A stretch of 63,763 nt of DNA, filler included, from Phoronis australis (Eukaryota; Animalia; Phoronida): the NCBI GenBank assembly GCA_002633005.1. It is 7 parts of 7 records of this genome, joined end to end, with 100 filler letters (N's around TTAATTAATTAA, not from the genome) between each part and the next. Parts side by side here need not be neighbours in the genome. Positions count along the whole stretch, not along the records: positions 1 to 29,940 come from NMRA01000703.1; 6 more parts are not named here. The stretch is one strand, 5' to 3'. The translations under genes were made by a program, and so were the position numbers. Below, piece by piece: positions 1 through 12,498 of the stretch (positions are counted from its first letter, which is position 1; the number at the start of each line of letters is the position of its first letter). The notes below the pieces were generated by a model. That model was not told the DNA's origin. It saw only the letters and a program-made list of their open reading frames with translations, and made no database searches.

Positions 1-290
1 TGACAAGTGTGTCACTAGTGTGCCCCCAAACCGGTAAACAATAATCAATATGAGGCTGAATAATAGAATGGTAAAGGGTCTTAAGAGTACTGACATTAAG
101 AAATTTGCCTAGACGTTTAAGTACACCGATTTTCTTAGATAATTTCTTTGTGATATGATCTATGTGCATATTAAATTTAAGATTGGGATCTAAAGTAAGG
201 CCCAAGTACTTAAACTTGTCAACATTCTCGATGGGAGAACTGTTGATAGAAAGGGATAGTTTTTGTTGTTTTAATTTCAAGTGTCTGAAA
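1..290 (-). mobile_element. Non-LTR retrotransposon (L2/CR1 group) ORF2 fragment, post-RT region
   Basis: Minus strand reads open as FRHLKLKQQKLSLSINSSPIENVDKFKYLGLTLDPNLKFNMHIDHITKKLSKKIGVLKRLGKFLNVSTLKTLYHSIIQPHIDYCLPVWG, with the KYLG..D..L.F..HI and PH.DYC..VW motifs typical of L2/CR1 ORF2. It runs off the window edge. Confidence 0.9.
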
Positions 291-559
291 CTACCCTTGA
301 ATATATGCAGCATTTATGATTTGACCATTTTACTTGGACAAAACAGCTTGCAACCGCATGCATTTACCGTTCGCCAGTGTCTGGTCTCGATCCGCACCGG
401 GTCCGATAGGCTGCGGTCCCGAGTCTGGCAAAATAATTTCTGTCAAAATTTATTCGCCACATTTCTTTCAGCAAATTCCATAAAATTGTCCGTAGTTTTA
501 TTTTATTAAAATTAAGGCGCGCTGTCGATTATTTTATCCCCGTTTGCTGGCTGGTAACA

Positions 560-720
560 GTACAGGCACTGCTCCAGTCGCACTGACGCCGTTTTCTCGG
601 CCTGGGCTCCTGAATCCCCTGAATGAATTGTACTTCCGGGTTCGCGGCAAGTTCAAAATGGCGGTGGTTCATTTAAACATTTTTCGAGTACGGATCGTGT
701 ATTAGTTATGGGGTAGGTAC
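560..720 (+). promoter_or_regulatory. CpG-rich promoter-like segment (ETS and YY1 motifs)
   Basis: ACTTCCGG (632-639) is followed by AAAATGGCGG (655-664) and a possible GTAGGT donor at ~713, with local CpG enrichment. Confidence 0.35.
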
Positions 721-1138
721 TTCTTAGATCCTTATAACATCCTCTAACCATGTAATAAGGGTTAACAACGTGTGAGAGAAGGACTTTAATTACCCCGGCG
801 AGAAAGTTTTTTGTCAGTGAGTTTTACAATCGCGAACACAAAGCATACACGAAGTTTGCTCTTGGATTTATTTAGTTTGCAACTTAATGACTTTGATTAC
901 ATTTGTATAGCAGGTCAGCCATAGACTTTTGGGCGACATTTTTAAAGGTGTATTTTTTCTATTTCACATTGCCGCAGTTTCTTAGATCACTCGTTGACAA
1001 GTGTCAGCTACAGAGCGCCGACTTATCTTTCGCGTCGAACTATCCTTGCGTTAACTGCAAATTCTATGAACTTCAGTTACAAAGATCATGGGATTGCCAT
1101 TAATTGTAATATTTACATATATCTAATTATTAAGAGAA

Positions 1139-1390
1139 CAGTGGCAGATCTACGTTTTCAGTATGCGGGAGGGTGTTTAAGATTCGCGCGAATCCGAGGA
1201 GAGTAGCGCAGAGCGGGGTAAGGTCGGGAGGGTGTTTTCCCCCCTCCCGTGTAAGATTTTTTTGTTTTGTGTAGCTGATTTCGTTTTCCTGGCGAAGTTA
1301 TTTTTTAATTTTTATTTTTGATCTTGTCCCAAGGGGCTCTAGTGAGGGGGAGGGTTTAAACCCCCCGAACCGCCTCTGGAGAACGCCCTA
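1139..1390 (+). mobile_element. MITE (CAGTGGC-terminated family), copy 1
   Basis: Starts CAGTGGCAGATC with a degenerate right end. Collinear similarity along its length to 55504-55745 (e.g. CCTCCCGTGTAAGATTTTTTTG, GTAGCTGATTTCGTTTT). Confidence 0.75.
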
Positions 1391-1510
1391 TTCTTCAAAA
1401 CATGACGTGGAGAACACGTTACACGATCGCTGGTTTACAGCCGTAATTTTGATCGGAGAGCTGCGGCTATCGGGTCACTGTGCACGGAAGACCCGCTGTT
1501 GTGCGAAACG

Positions 1511-1542
1511 GATGCCATGGTAACGGGCATCGTTACCTCAAC
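1511..1542 (+). promoter_or_regulatory. RFX X-box-like motifs
   Basis: GATGCCATGGTAAC (1511-1524) plus the half-site GTTACC at 1532. Confidence 0.35.
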
Positions 1543-1695
1543 AGCGCTCAATATTCCTTTAAAATTCGTAACGAACACATACAATGCAAACTATTTGCAT
1601 AAATCGCACGTTGTTGTTTTAGGTGATGTTGATAGCCCAAGTTAAAATAAAATGTTTCTAAGCAACCCAGGGCCTTCTTACACTCTCTTTCACAG

Positions 1696-1751
1696 TGTTA
1701 CGAAAGGTAGTAATGTCGAGTGCTGTTTAACATGGCTTCTCAGTGGTTGAG
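1696..1751 (+). CDS. Possible small exon containing a start codon (MASQWL..)
   Basis: Acceptor CTCTCTTTCACAG|, ATG at 1732 in AACATGG context, donor AG|GTAAGG at 1752. No downstream exon identified. Confidence 0.3.
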
Positions 1752-2008
1752 GTAAGGAATCCGACGTCATAACATTCAGTCATTCCCATTGGTTTAAATC
1801 TGGGAAACCCCTTTCAGTTTACTGTTGTACTGATGACCACCTTTGACTTGAATAGTTGCAATTTATTGAAAAGGGCAGTGGTCGAAATAAACAAAATCAA
1901 GGAAACCGATCAGTGGTTTAAGCCCGAACAAGTACACTGATAGCGAAGTGATCGGTATACTTCCAACCAAGGCATTGATGCCCACACACGGATATTCCGT
2001 GTGTCGCT

Positions 2009-3123
2009 CACAGGCGCTTGGGTTTATCTCAAATGACGTCACTCAATAATATAAGAAAACATAAAGGTTGGACACTCGAAATCTGTTTGCTCAGAATTTT
2101 CTACTCAAATGTGCATGGAACTCCACGAAACTAGCATCGAACAACTCTTAGAATACTTTCTTTCATTCGATCTTTTCAAATTACCTTCAAGTGGTAATTT
2201 GGCGACAAAAATGCCAAAATCATGCCAAAATCACAAATTCAAGGACCTAATTCCGTGATGTCATGGCAGACGGTCTTCGCACATCCGGGTTTTGACAGAC
2301 GCTCCTGAACTAAATCCGAAAGTCTAATTTCGCGCGGCTTTCGCCGTCAATCCATCGACTACTTGATCATGAGAAGCAGAGAGCACTTTATTGCCAAATA
2401 AATGTAATTACTCACATATTTGTGTCAAATATAAATTATCCTGATACTGTATTGATATGCGAAGTTTTTTGTGTACTGTGATTTCTTATGAAGGTTTTAC
2501 TTTTGGCCAAAACCATTGAGTTAACTCGTCGGCCACGCGCATCGTAATACTTGCACGGACTGCGTTTCCTGGCCGTGTGTGTGTTGTGCTTCAATCAAAA
2601 AAGTGCGTGATGTCAAGATGAGAAACAAGTTACGCCAGTTTATGTAATAAAATTCTAAGTTAAGGGCTAAAATGAGCCGTCAGTGGAATAAAGTTACACA
2701 TATTCATTAAAATACTAACTTTAACATTCTCAATTAGTTGAGTTTTGGATTAGAATTATTGAATTTGAAATATAGGTTGCCTGCTCAAACTCGAAGTTTC
2801 ACCTACGACAGGCGTACAAGTTGAAGCACAACTGAAATCCGCCATGTTTACTATTTCAGGTCCTTGAATTCAGAGTTTTGAGATTGTTTTAGAAATTCCA
2901 TCGCCAATTCACCTCTCACGAATACAGTTAATGGGATCTAGGAAAGATAAGGCTTCGAAGGTTTATGCAACACCAGACTGAGGGAGGTGCACGCAGATTT
3001 TATTTGGATTTTGGACGGTTGAAGTTGGGAGCCTCGGCTTGGCAAAGTTTAAGTGTCCAACCTTTATGTTTTCTTATATATATTATTAAGTGACGTCATT
3101 TGCGATAAACCCAAGCGCCTGTG
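2009..3123. mobile_element. Non-autonomous DNA transposon with 8-bp TSD (P-element-like termini)
   Basis: ~68-bp near-perfect TIRs CACAGGCGCTTGGGTTTATC...GATAAACCCAAGCGCCTGTG. Perfect TSD GTGTCGCT at 2001-2008 and 3124-3131. Degenerate inverted similarity extends to ~240 bp (AATTCAAGGACCT / AGGTCCTTGAATT). Confidence 0.88.
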
Positions 3124-6100
3124 GTGTCGCTCATCACGTTCCACAGGGCCACTTTTCAGTATAGGTGGCGCTGTGTCAGAGGATAGACCTTCTTGTTGCC
3201 CGCACTTCCGTTGTGATCAAAACTTAGCGTGCTTTTAATGAGTGAGTTTACTGACTAGCTGACCGGCCATTAAAAATGTTAATATCGAATAATGTGCGCA
3301 TTACGAATATTGTAATTACAGAAATGTCTTCAAATTATTAAGATTCAGTGTCTTCTGCCTTCATGTTAATGAATCAAAGGGTGAACAACATTATCCAAAT
3401 GTGAATGTTTTAACTGGAAATCGCACCACTACTCACTACTGCTAGCACTAGATCTAATTTTGAAACTCAAAAAACATTAAATTATTCACTAAGTCGTGGA
3501 CTTTAATCGCAAATGTCGGTATTGGGTTAGAATTGGGTTTTTAGTTAAAAGCTCATTTTTGCGTTCACCCCCAGTGAGAAACAAGCTGGAGGGGAATACT
3601 AAGTGAGTGTTAGACTAAGTGAGTGTTAGACAAAATTTGACTTAAAAATATTATTGAAATCATCAACAATGGTGTAACAAGAATATGAAATCTACTTCAA
3701 GAGGACACATAGAAATCTCAATGCCATCAGTCAGGTGGTACAACCTGTCGCGACACCACGCACATTCTTAAAGGTGTCCTTAAATATGCAAAATAACATC
3801 GCACCAAAAACCACCTTCAAACGTTGACCTACATATTTCGAATTCACGTGTTGGTACAAATTCTTACATACAAATCAAAGCGAGAATTCAATAAATAAAA
3901 ACCAATTAATTATACTTCCATGACGCTATATAACAATGAAATACCAGAAACAAGCAAAATCCTTTCTGTGAGTTCGTGCACACAAAAATAAATAATTCAA
4001 GAGTTAACGACTGAAGACACTCATCTATAGCCTACATAACACTCTTAGTTCACTTTATCACCAACCTATGAAAAACGAACTTTAATCAAATTTGTGTTAT
4101 TACTCAGGTTTGTCCTAGGACAGGCAAATCATGCAGATAAACGCAAAATGAAGCAAAAATGAACAAAGCACTTGGATAATTGCTACATTGGTGAGGACAT
4201 CAAAACTTGCTCAGCTCCATTCTTTATCCTCCTGCAAAACAATGACCAATCATCCCAAGTACAAAAAAGAACAATTACATTCCTTGAATCGTCCCATAGA
4301 GGTATTGATATTTCTGAAATGTCGAAACCGGTCATTTATCTTAGTTCATGTCAGTCAACTGCCACCAACTTTGTAAAGTAAGAAATTGAGGGGCCCTCAC
4401 AGTAACATCAATCAAAATTCTGGATCTGACCAAAACAAAACTGAACTCTTCTCTTGCCGAACAATTTTCACTGATGACTAATTTTGAAAATTATACTGAA
4501 ATTTAAAGAGATTGAGCATGACATCTTTTATCCCAGACAGGTTTTTTCAAGCAATGTCCCTTTAAATTCATTATCAAGGCTACAATACCCACTCTTAAGT
4601 TATAATTAAGATTTAGAAATTATTAATTTATTTTGTATCCTAGGTCGCAAGTATGCATGAACCTGTGGAGTTTTTGATACAGTAACAATCATCAGAATTC
4701 TTGCGTGATGAATTTTCATGTTAAAATAACACTGATACTTCAAATTGGGCAGCAATCCATTAAGTCAAGTGCAATATGACGACCTAATTATGGTTACGGC
4801 ACCCTTGTTTAGGGTTAGGGTTAGAGTTAAAGTATAGATTTGATTGGGCCATACTTTGACATCAAAAGCCAATCCAGCCCAACAACTTAGAACAACCACC
4901 ACCCTGCTGAACCAACTCTTTACAACAGGCAAGAATTCCCTCAAGTTGTTGTAAGGTGCATTGTGACAGGAATACTGCATGCCATAAACCTGTGAATGTA
5001 GACCTATAGGTGAGGCTGAACCTGTATCTGGAATTAGGCACCATGCACCATTACATGAAACAATAGAGTATGATAGCTGAGGCACCCCTTTCTAAAATAA
5101 AAAGTAAATCAAATTTGACTTATCACTAACAAAATGGTAGATGTTGAGATGTATTCAATTTAACACTAACTATTAATTGAAAAGCATTAAGAAATTACAA
5201 AAATAAAGCAAATGGCAGCAGATTAAGACATGCACACATGCACAGCAAACTGCTCTCATACATGAAGCTTAGGGAATGTGCTTATACTGAAACACTTGAG
5301 TAAACAATTTCCAAACCTAATATCTGGGATATATTGCAGTAAGAGCCCTTCATTAACACAAACTTAATCATTTCACTGTTTATTTGTCGTCCACCATGTT
5401 CCTTTTACCATGATGAGACATGCTTTGGACACAGAGCTACTATAATTTAACTTCAGTTTTTTGTTTGTATTGTCTATTCGCAATTTGCACAGTGGAAGAT
5501 CAAAACTTGTTCAAAGAGTATGAGCAATTGTAAATCAAGCTGCCCAACAAAACTAAAGTCATGTTTGCAATCGGGTTTATCTAGGATAACCAGGTGAATC
5601 CATGTGCTTTCTAATTAATCCTTATTATTAATTATTATGACTGAAGGAGCTATGTAACAAACCTGGCATGATGACATTGATGAGGCAATGTCACCTTGAA
5701 GGGTGGAAGCAGTCATGTTTTGGAAATGTAATTTTACACAATAGGGATGCATGGTGACTGACAGTAATGTAGCATCTTAAAGAGATAAAGCAGTATTCAA
5801 TGGTTGCCCTGGGCGTGTACATAAAGTAGTTCTCAACCCTTGTCCTGGGTAAGTATCAAGCATAACTATGATACCCTGACCTAATTAATTATGCAAGGCA
5901 TCTAACCAACACAAGTTCCAAGACATTACAATGAGTGTACATTGCAGGCCTTATTCCATTGTTTAGTATGACATCATTTTTACGTTTTGAAGCCAGTCAA
6001 ATAAAATTAAATTCCAAAAACATAAACAATAGTAGAGCAGATTTACAGTGTTGTAAATTACAAAGCACTTCCAAGTGCTATGGACTTATTCAATCTTAAT

Positions 6101-6349
6101 GCTTCTCAACTCTCTGGGAGCATAGAATGGGTGCAGCCATTATCCGTGCACACTGACAAACATATAATTTCATGTAAGTTTCAAGAGTCAAAATACCACC
6201 TGGTTAATTTCCCATCTTACAACAAAACAGTATGACTTTTTTAATATAATACATATTTCAGTCAGTATCATAACAAATCAAGTATTGCATATGTATGGCA
6301 AGAATTAAGATCGAACATTGTGAGTTCCAAATACAAGGACGAGTAAAAC

Positions 6350-6748
6350 ATCACAGTCAAACATAAGTGACTAAATGTAGATGGTGCTTCACGTTCGATG
6401 TCCACCAGGTGATGAAACCTGCCCATGATGAGTTGAGCACTGCACCTAACTCAGGTGATGTATCAGCTGGAGTTGAGCACTGCACCTAACTCAGGTGATG
6501 TATCAGCTAGAGTTGAGCACTGCACCTAACTCAGGTGATGTATCAGCTGGAGTTGAGCACTGCACCTAACTCAGGTGATGTATCAGCTGGAGTTGAACAT
6601 TGCACCTAACTCAGGTGATGTATCAGCTGGAGTTGAACACTGCACCTAACTCAGGTGATGTATCAGCTGGAGTTGAACATTGCACCTAACTCAGGTGATG
6701 TATCACCTGGAATCATCAGGAGAAGAGGTCCTCACCATGCTCTGTCGT
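6350..6748 (-). other. Possible terminal exon (short coding tail plus 3'UTR containing the 40-bp repeat)
   Basis: Minus-strand acceptor TGTTCTTTTCCAG|ACGACAG at 6748. All three frames stop within ~46 nt. A possible minus-strand AATAAA lies at ~5380. Confidence 0.3.
6430..6710. repeat. 40-bp minisatellite, 7 copies
   Basis: Unit AGTTGAGCACTGCACCTAACTCAGGTGATGTATCAGCTGG repeated head-to-tail. Confidence 0.97.
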
Positions 6749-7469
6749 CTGGAAAAGAACAACATAAAGTGTGAGTCATCAACTGCAACCGTTGTTAATT
6801 ACAAGCAAGAGAGTGTCAATAAAGAGACTTGTTTTATTACAGTCTCTGAATATTCCAAAACCCTTCCAACTTTCAAAACAACATAAGATTAAAAATGCTG
6901 CCAAAATTCGAAAACATTGTAAGTGAACGGAAAATATTAGTAATAATCACTCTCCTTCTAAGCTTAGTTAATATCCTTTATTGCCCCATACCATCAAGTT
7001 GACAGTAAACATGTGCATTAATCATATAACATCACGCTAATTGGATTGGATTGCATCACCACTCCTGGACACAGAATCTACAGGGGACATAATGAGAGAT
7101 GACTGTCAATAGACCATTGGGAAGTCTCGCGGCAGGGAGGTACAACAAAATGTTGTTACACAACCTTGCACAAGGCTTATATTCAGCAAGGTGAAAAGCC
7201 AGCATGAGGTCTTACAAACCTAAGGTGATTCAGGCAGTGCAATAACATCTCGGGCCATGAGATCAATGTAGGTGGGTAAAAATTACTTTACTTGACAATG
7301 AAATGAGCCCACCCAAGTGGCTTGTGCACCACTGGTACATCACGGAACTTATAGACCACCCACAATTATTTTTTATTTGTTTAATTATCTCACAACCAAC
7401 AGCCATAGTTACACCAACGGTAGCTGGTGGGAATCCAAACCAATAGTCACAAGATTATGGTATTTTTGT

Positions 7470-9473
7470 TATTACTTGGCGGAATTCTTCCGCCAAGTAT
7501 GTATATGACAGCAAGTTTTTTTTTTTTTTTTGTTTTTGTTTGTTCGCTCTCTACAGGTCGCAATTCTGGTCCGATTTTCACGAAATTTGCACACAACATG
7601 TAGATCGGGAATCACTGGAACGCTATTGTTTTTGGTCATGATCGGATACAAACTGGCGGACGTGGCGGCCATTTTGAATCCGATTTCACAGTCAAATACT
7701 CGTAGAGGCCGCATTTTTCGACCTACATGGCTGAAAATCGGTACGAATATACTAGAACGCATGTGCTACAATTGTGCAGAAAATCGTTGACTTCCGGTTA
7801 AAGATGGCGGAAATATTGGACGTGGCGCATGCGCACCCCGAAATAGGGCTAAAAACGTTTTCTCCTGTAGAGGGCGCAATTGCAAACCAATCACTTTCAA
7901 ACTGGTCACGTGTTCGTTGAGTTTAATAAGCTTTTATAAAAAATATTGAACCGGAAGTCACCTTCAAGATGGCTTCTGTGGGGCATGTTCACACGGTTTC
8001 AGTCGCTCTGCTGTCGCATTTTTTATGGGAAGAGCAAATGACGTGAATTTTTGCATGTGGATTCCTTGAAGTATGGCCTTTCAAAAAGTCTGCGAGAGCG
8101 TATTTCTCAGACTTACCGTTTTCGAGTAATTTGACTTTGACTTCAAAAAAAAAAACGGCAAACTTTCAATTTTCTCGAAAAATTTTTGGATTTTTGCCAA
8201 ACTATCACATTAGATAGAGATTTGAACGGGCTTTCAGAGGATACTTTCCATTTTGCGCTACGACGTCTACTTTTTGAATTATTCGAGATTTTCTGATACC
8301 GTTGTCCCTAGGCAAGCGCGCAAGTGGCTGGCTTTCAGTTCACTTTGTTTTGGTTATGCCTAGTTGACCCAGACTGACCCAGCCAGCACTGTCCTACTTT
8401 AAAGCATGGCTCGTCCGTCACGTTGCGCCATCTATTGTTCTTTATAGTAGTTGATTGTGTGCTCTCTATTTGATTTTTTGCTAGTCACATGAATGTTATC
8501 GTGTTTGACAAACTAATACTTTAGATAGAGTTTTGAACGGGCTTTCAGATGATAATTTTCATTTTGCGCTACGACGTCTACTTTCTGAAATATTCGAGAT
8601 TTTCGAATACCGTTGTTCCTTCGATCACACGCAGCTGGCTGGCTTTAAGTTCACTTTGTTTTGGTTATGCCTAGTTGACCCAGACTGACCCAGCCAGCAC
8701 TGTCCTACTTTAAAGCATGGCTCGTCCGTCATGTTGCGCCATCTATTGTTCTTTATTGTAGTTGATTGTATGCTCTCTATTTGATTTTTTGCAAGTCACA
8801 TGAATGTTATCGTGTTTGACAAACTACCACTTGAGATAGAGTTTTGAACGGGCTTTCAGATGATAATTTTCATTTTGCGCTACGACGTCTACTTTTTGAA
8901 TTATTCGAGATTTGCGGATACCGTTGTTCCTTCGGTCACGTATGCACGCAGCTGGCTGGCTTTCAGTTAGTTCACTTTGTTTTGGTTATGCCTAGTTGAC
9001 CCAGACTGACCCAGCCAGCACTGTTCTACTGTGGCTGAATAGCGCTCTGTAGACTGTACAATTTCAGGCCAAATACTTATTGTAAACATAACTTTGCTTT
9101 GGAGACTGTCACTTAGCGCCACCTATTTTAGAATGTGGGAAAAGACATGGCTCGTCCGCCATGTTGCGCCATCTATTGTTCTTTATTCTAGTTCATTATA
9201 TGCTCTCTATTTGATTTCTTCGCTAGTCACATGAATGTTACCGTGTTATCCATTATTGCCGCCTTGATCGTCATGATTGCCGTCGTCGCTCTAATTCTTT
9301 ATTGTAGTTGATTGTCTGCTCTCTATTTGATTTCTTCGCTAGTCACATTAATGTTACCGTGTTATCGTCTCATTCATAATTGCCGCCGTGATCGTCTTGA
9401 TTGTCGTCGTCTCCCTCATCGTCGTCTTTTCGATTAGTTCCGCCAAGTGTCGCTCCTCCGAGCGCTCTCGTTT
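7470..9473 (+). mobile_element. Helentron-associated element (HINE/DINE-1-like), family A
   Basis: 5' hairpin ACTTGGCGGAA-ttc-TTCCGCCAAGT (7474-7498), 3' subterminal copy TTCCGCCAAGT (9438-9448), stem-loop CGCTC-ctcc-GAGCG and a terminal TTT. No TSD. Three internal ~310-bp tandem duplications at ~8205-9030. Confidence 0.8.
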
Positions 9474-9720
9474 AAGTCATTACCAGTTTAGGATATAATT
9501 CTCAGAAAAGAATAACAGCACAATGCTTCAGCACCTATTGTTGTAAGTTTTGTCTTAGCTGAAGTGGTCGTAACATTCCTAGTATTTGCACATAGATCAT
9601 GAACAAGGCTCTAGAAGACAATTACTGAGGCTGAAATTATGACCTTTACATCAACACGTTTGCTCTTCTCACATCACAGTTACAATAACAGTCAACAACC
9701 ACCTTAGTTACAACCTGGAT

Positions 9721-10002
9721 CAGGGGTCTAATCTTCATACTCGACATAAAACTCGAACTTATGTTTAATATGAACTCAGAATATGCAAGTGTCTATTATT
9801 CTATAGTTGAGTTCACAATGGCTTATACAGATGGATTTCTAGTTCTGAGTTAACACTTGATGACCCCAAGATTTGACCTAAAAGCTCCAATGAAAACTCA
9901 AAATATCTAGTTTAAACTCTTAACGCTGGTGTCATCAAATACAAACTAGAATTAGACAAAAAAACTTGGAGTCACATTTTGTGTACAAAGATTAGACCCC
10001 GG
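9721..10002. mobile_element. MITE (~280 bp)
   Basis: TIRs CAGGGGTCTAATCTT ... AAGATTAGACCCCGG. Confidence 0.7.
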
Positions 10003-10439
10003 GTCCCTGCATGTGAAAGATTCCTGGATCCCTCTATTCAGCTCTATTAATGGTCTCTTCACCAGTGTTTATATACCAGGACACTTTGGCATCTGATTCA
10101 ACGTCAAGACGGATGAGCTTGCAGGCATCGCAGAACCGATTGCCGACCTGCTCCTCACACCAGCAGATGTAATCTCCAGAGTGCGTGAATCGCTTACAGA
10201 TGCCAAGATTGTACAACAGCAGGAGAGATGGGCAACAAAGCGCCTCATAGAGCGAGGATGGCAATACAGAGATGCAGCAAAAACTTGTATCAGGGGAAAA
10301 GATCGAAGAGTGTGTAACCAACACGAACTTGGTTGCCTCTCCAAATTTACATTTCGTGCGATACTGGAAGGAGGAGGGCCAGAGACTATCCCGGTGCCTA
10401 CCCTCTGATGTCACCATAGAAACAGAAACAGAAAAAGAG

Positions 10440-10690
10440 TAACAGGAGCAACACAAAGAATTGAAATACATCCACAACTGCACTGCAAATGGTTTGCTTG
10501 TAGGGGCGTTTACTAGTATCATAAAAACAAACATTAGATGGTGTCTCAAATATAGAACTATTTACCAAATTTCATAAAAACCATTCAAGAACTCTAAAGA
10601 TACAGAGGGAAACAAAACAAGAGCAACACAACACATTTGGTATGTACTATGTACCCACAATGCACCGCAAAAGACGTGTTTTTCAGGGTC
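10440..10690 (-). mobile_element. Degenerate 3' fragments of HINE family C
   Basis: AACAGGAGCAACACAAAGAATTGAAATACATCCACAACTGCACTGCAAATGG matches 16646-16700. Confidence 0.55.
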
Positions 10691-11768
10691 ACATGCTCAT
10701 CTGTTTCATGGAAGATGAAGACAGCAATTTGACCACAAGGGGTAGCAGCAATAGTCAAATGACATCAACTCAAAAAGCTTAAGAGCCTACTATAGTGCCA
10801 ATATGACTTTGTATATTTATATTGATGAGAAACATCAACATGCTGTGTCATAGCCAATCCCAGTCGTTAATTCAATACAGCATCCTCATCATTCGAAGTC
10901 TATGACATCAGCGACACAATGAATTTGGCTCTCACCCTGACTCCATCGTATTGGAATAAGTGATGACTGGCCTTTTAATTTAGTGCAAAATACGTGGAAA
11001 ATCAAGAAAGCACATTAATCGTTCATTATTCAAATTGATCAAAATCATTACATTTAGAACTTTTTATTCAATTAATTAGAACACATTCTAATACGGGCCC
11101 ATGGGAAAAAACCATAACGCTCCATACGAAAAGGTACAACACATATTAGCTTGATCTTTTCATGCACAACAATTATATTCAAACTCATCGCAAATTTTAC
11201 ATTAGAAACTTAATTTTCAAAATAATTCGCCTTGAAATCCTGCAACCTGTAGTCGCCACCATTTTGACTCGTCAACCTTGCACAAAGATTGAAAATTTAA
11301 TCGCAACACAACATTGTATTTGTAATACATTGAAACTTTATGAAACAAAGTCTGATTGCATGAAAACATACTGAATTATAAGGATTCGTATTCAATTGAA
11401 CGTTCTAAATTCAATCAAAAATATAGTTTGACATGGGCTGCCCATATCAGAATTCCATTCCGGAAATGGCCCAAATCAGAATGTTCCGATTTAGGCCGGA
11501 TTCCCAATACGTCAGGCCAGAACAGTAACACCTAACGTCAAAATGTAAACTGCAGATCTTGTAGCCAGCCAGCTAGCTGTTTGAAAACTTCCATTAAAAT
11601 ACAGTTAGGTATCAGTGGGGAAGTTGCACACATGTATGCCAACAACGCTTACATTGCTGCACCCGTATGCAAAAAGGCATTTTAGCCCAGAGGCTGATAA
11701 CTAGTCTACGTCAAAGAAATGACCCTCAGCTGTTACCTATGCAGTGAGGCTTAAGAGAAATTTCATGA

Positions 11769-11902
11769 GAGATGTCATATGTACCACCTTACGCTGATTG
11801 GTTGAGAATTGCTCTGGGGCGCTCAAAGGGGCAACGGATTATGGAGGGTGTAATTTATATAGCCATTAATACTTTCTGTGGTATGCACGAAACAAAAACA
11901 AA
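11769..11902 (+). repeat. Dispersed repeat, also present inverted at ~53190-53325
   Basis: GATGTCATATGTACCACC...GAGAATT...CTGGGGCGCTC.AAGGGGC...TACTTTCTGT.GTATGCA.GAAACAAAA matches the reverse complement of 53190-53325. Confidence 0.7.
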
Positions 11903-11909
11903 TATCAAC

Positions 11910-12450
11910 CACTAATAATTATCTATATTTTCTGAAAGGAGAAAGATTGAAAAGTCTAATCTATGCTTCTTACTACTGTGACCAAGTTTTTTAAGTCAAA
12001 TTTTCAAGAAAGGTACCTCCATAACAAAATAACCCCCCAGCCAAATTTATTAAGTTTTTTAAAAGAAAATTTTAATTACATGATGTCTCAAAAGTGCTGC
12101 TAGGAATTTGCTTTAAAATGCCGAGTTTTCAGGTACTAAGCGATATATGAATATGATCGCTACTTTTTGAACAAAAATTTCATTTGTTTTGCGAGTTAAT
12201 TTGGCATAAAACCCGAACTAAGTGTATAATCCTAACAGTGTTTTTGAGACATAACGAAAAGTTTTCATTTAAAAAACTGTTAGTAAAAGCGGCTTGAAGG
12301 TTATTTTGCTATTACTAAACCTTTCTTCCACATCAAAATTTGATGTAAAAAGCGTGGTCACGTGACAATAATAACAACACAGTAGTAAGAAGCATATACT
12401 AGAATCCTCGATCTTTCTCCTTTCAGAAAATATCTATATAGTAATTATAT
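11910..12450. mobile_element. Foldback/MITE-like element with long imperfect inverted ends
   Basis: ATATTTTCTGAAAGGAGAAA.GAT and ATGCTTCTTACTACTGTG on the left mirror CACAGTAGTAAGAAGCAT and ATCTTTCTCCTTTCAGAAAATAT on the right. Confidence 0.6.
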
Positions 12451-12498
12451 AATGACTGACAAAGCATAGTTTTCTATATTTGACTTAAGAGTTGAGGT

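Noticed and set aside
4807-4828. TTAGGG telomeric array
   Set aside because: Only 2-3 units, too short to indicate a telomere or fusion.
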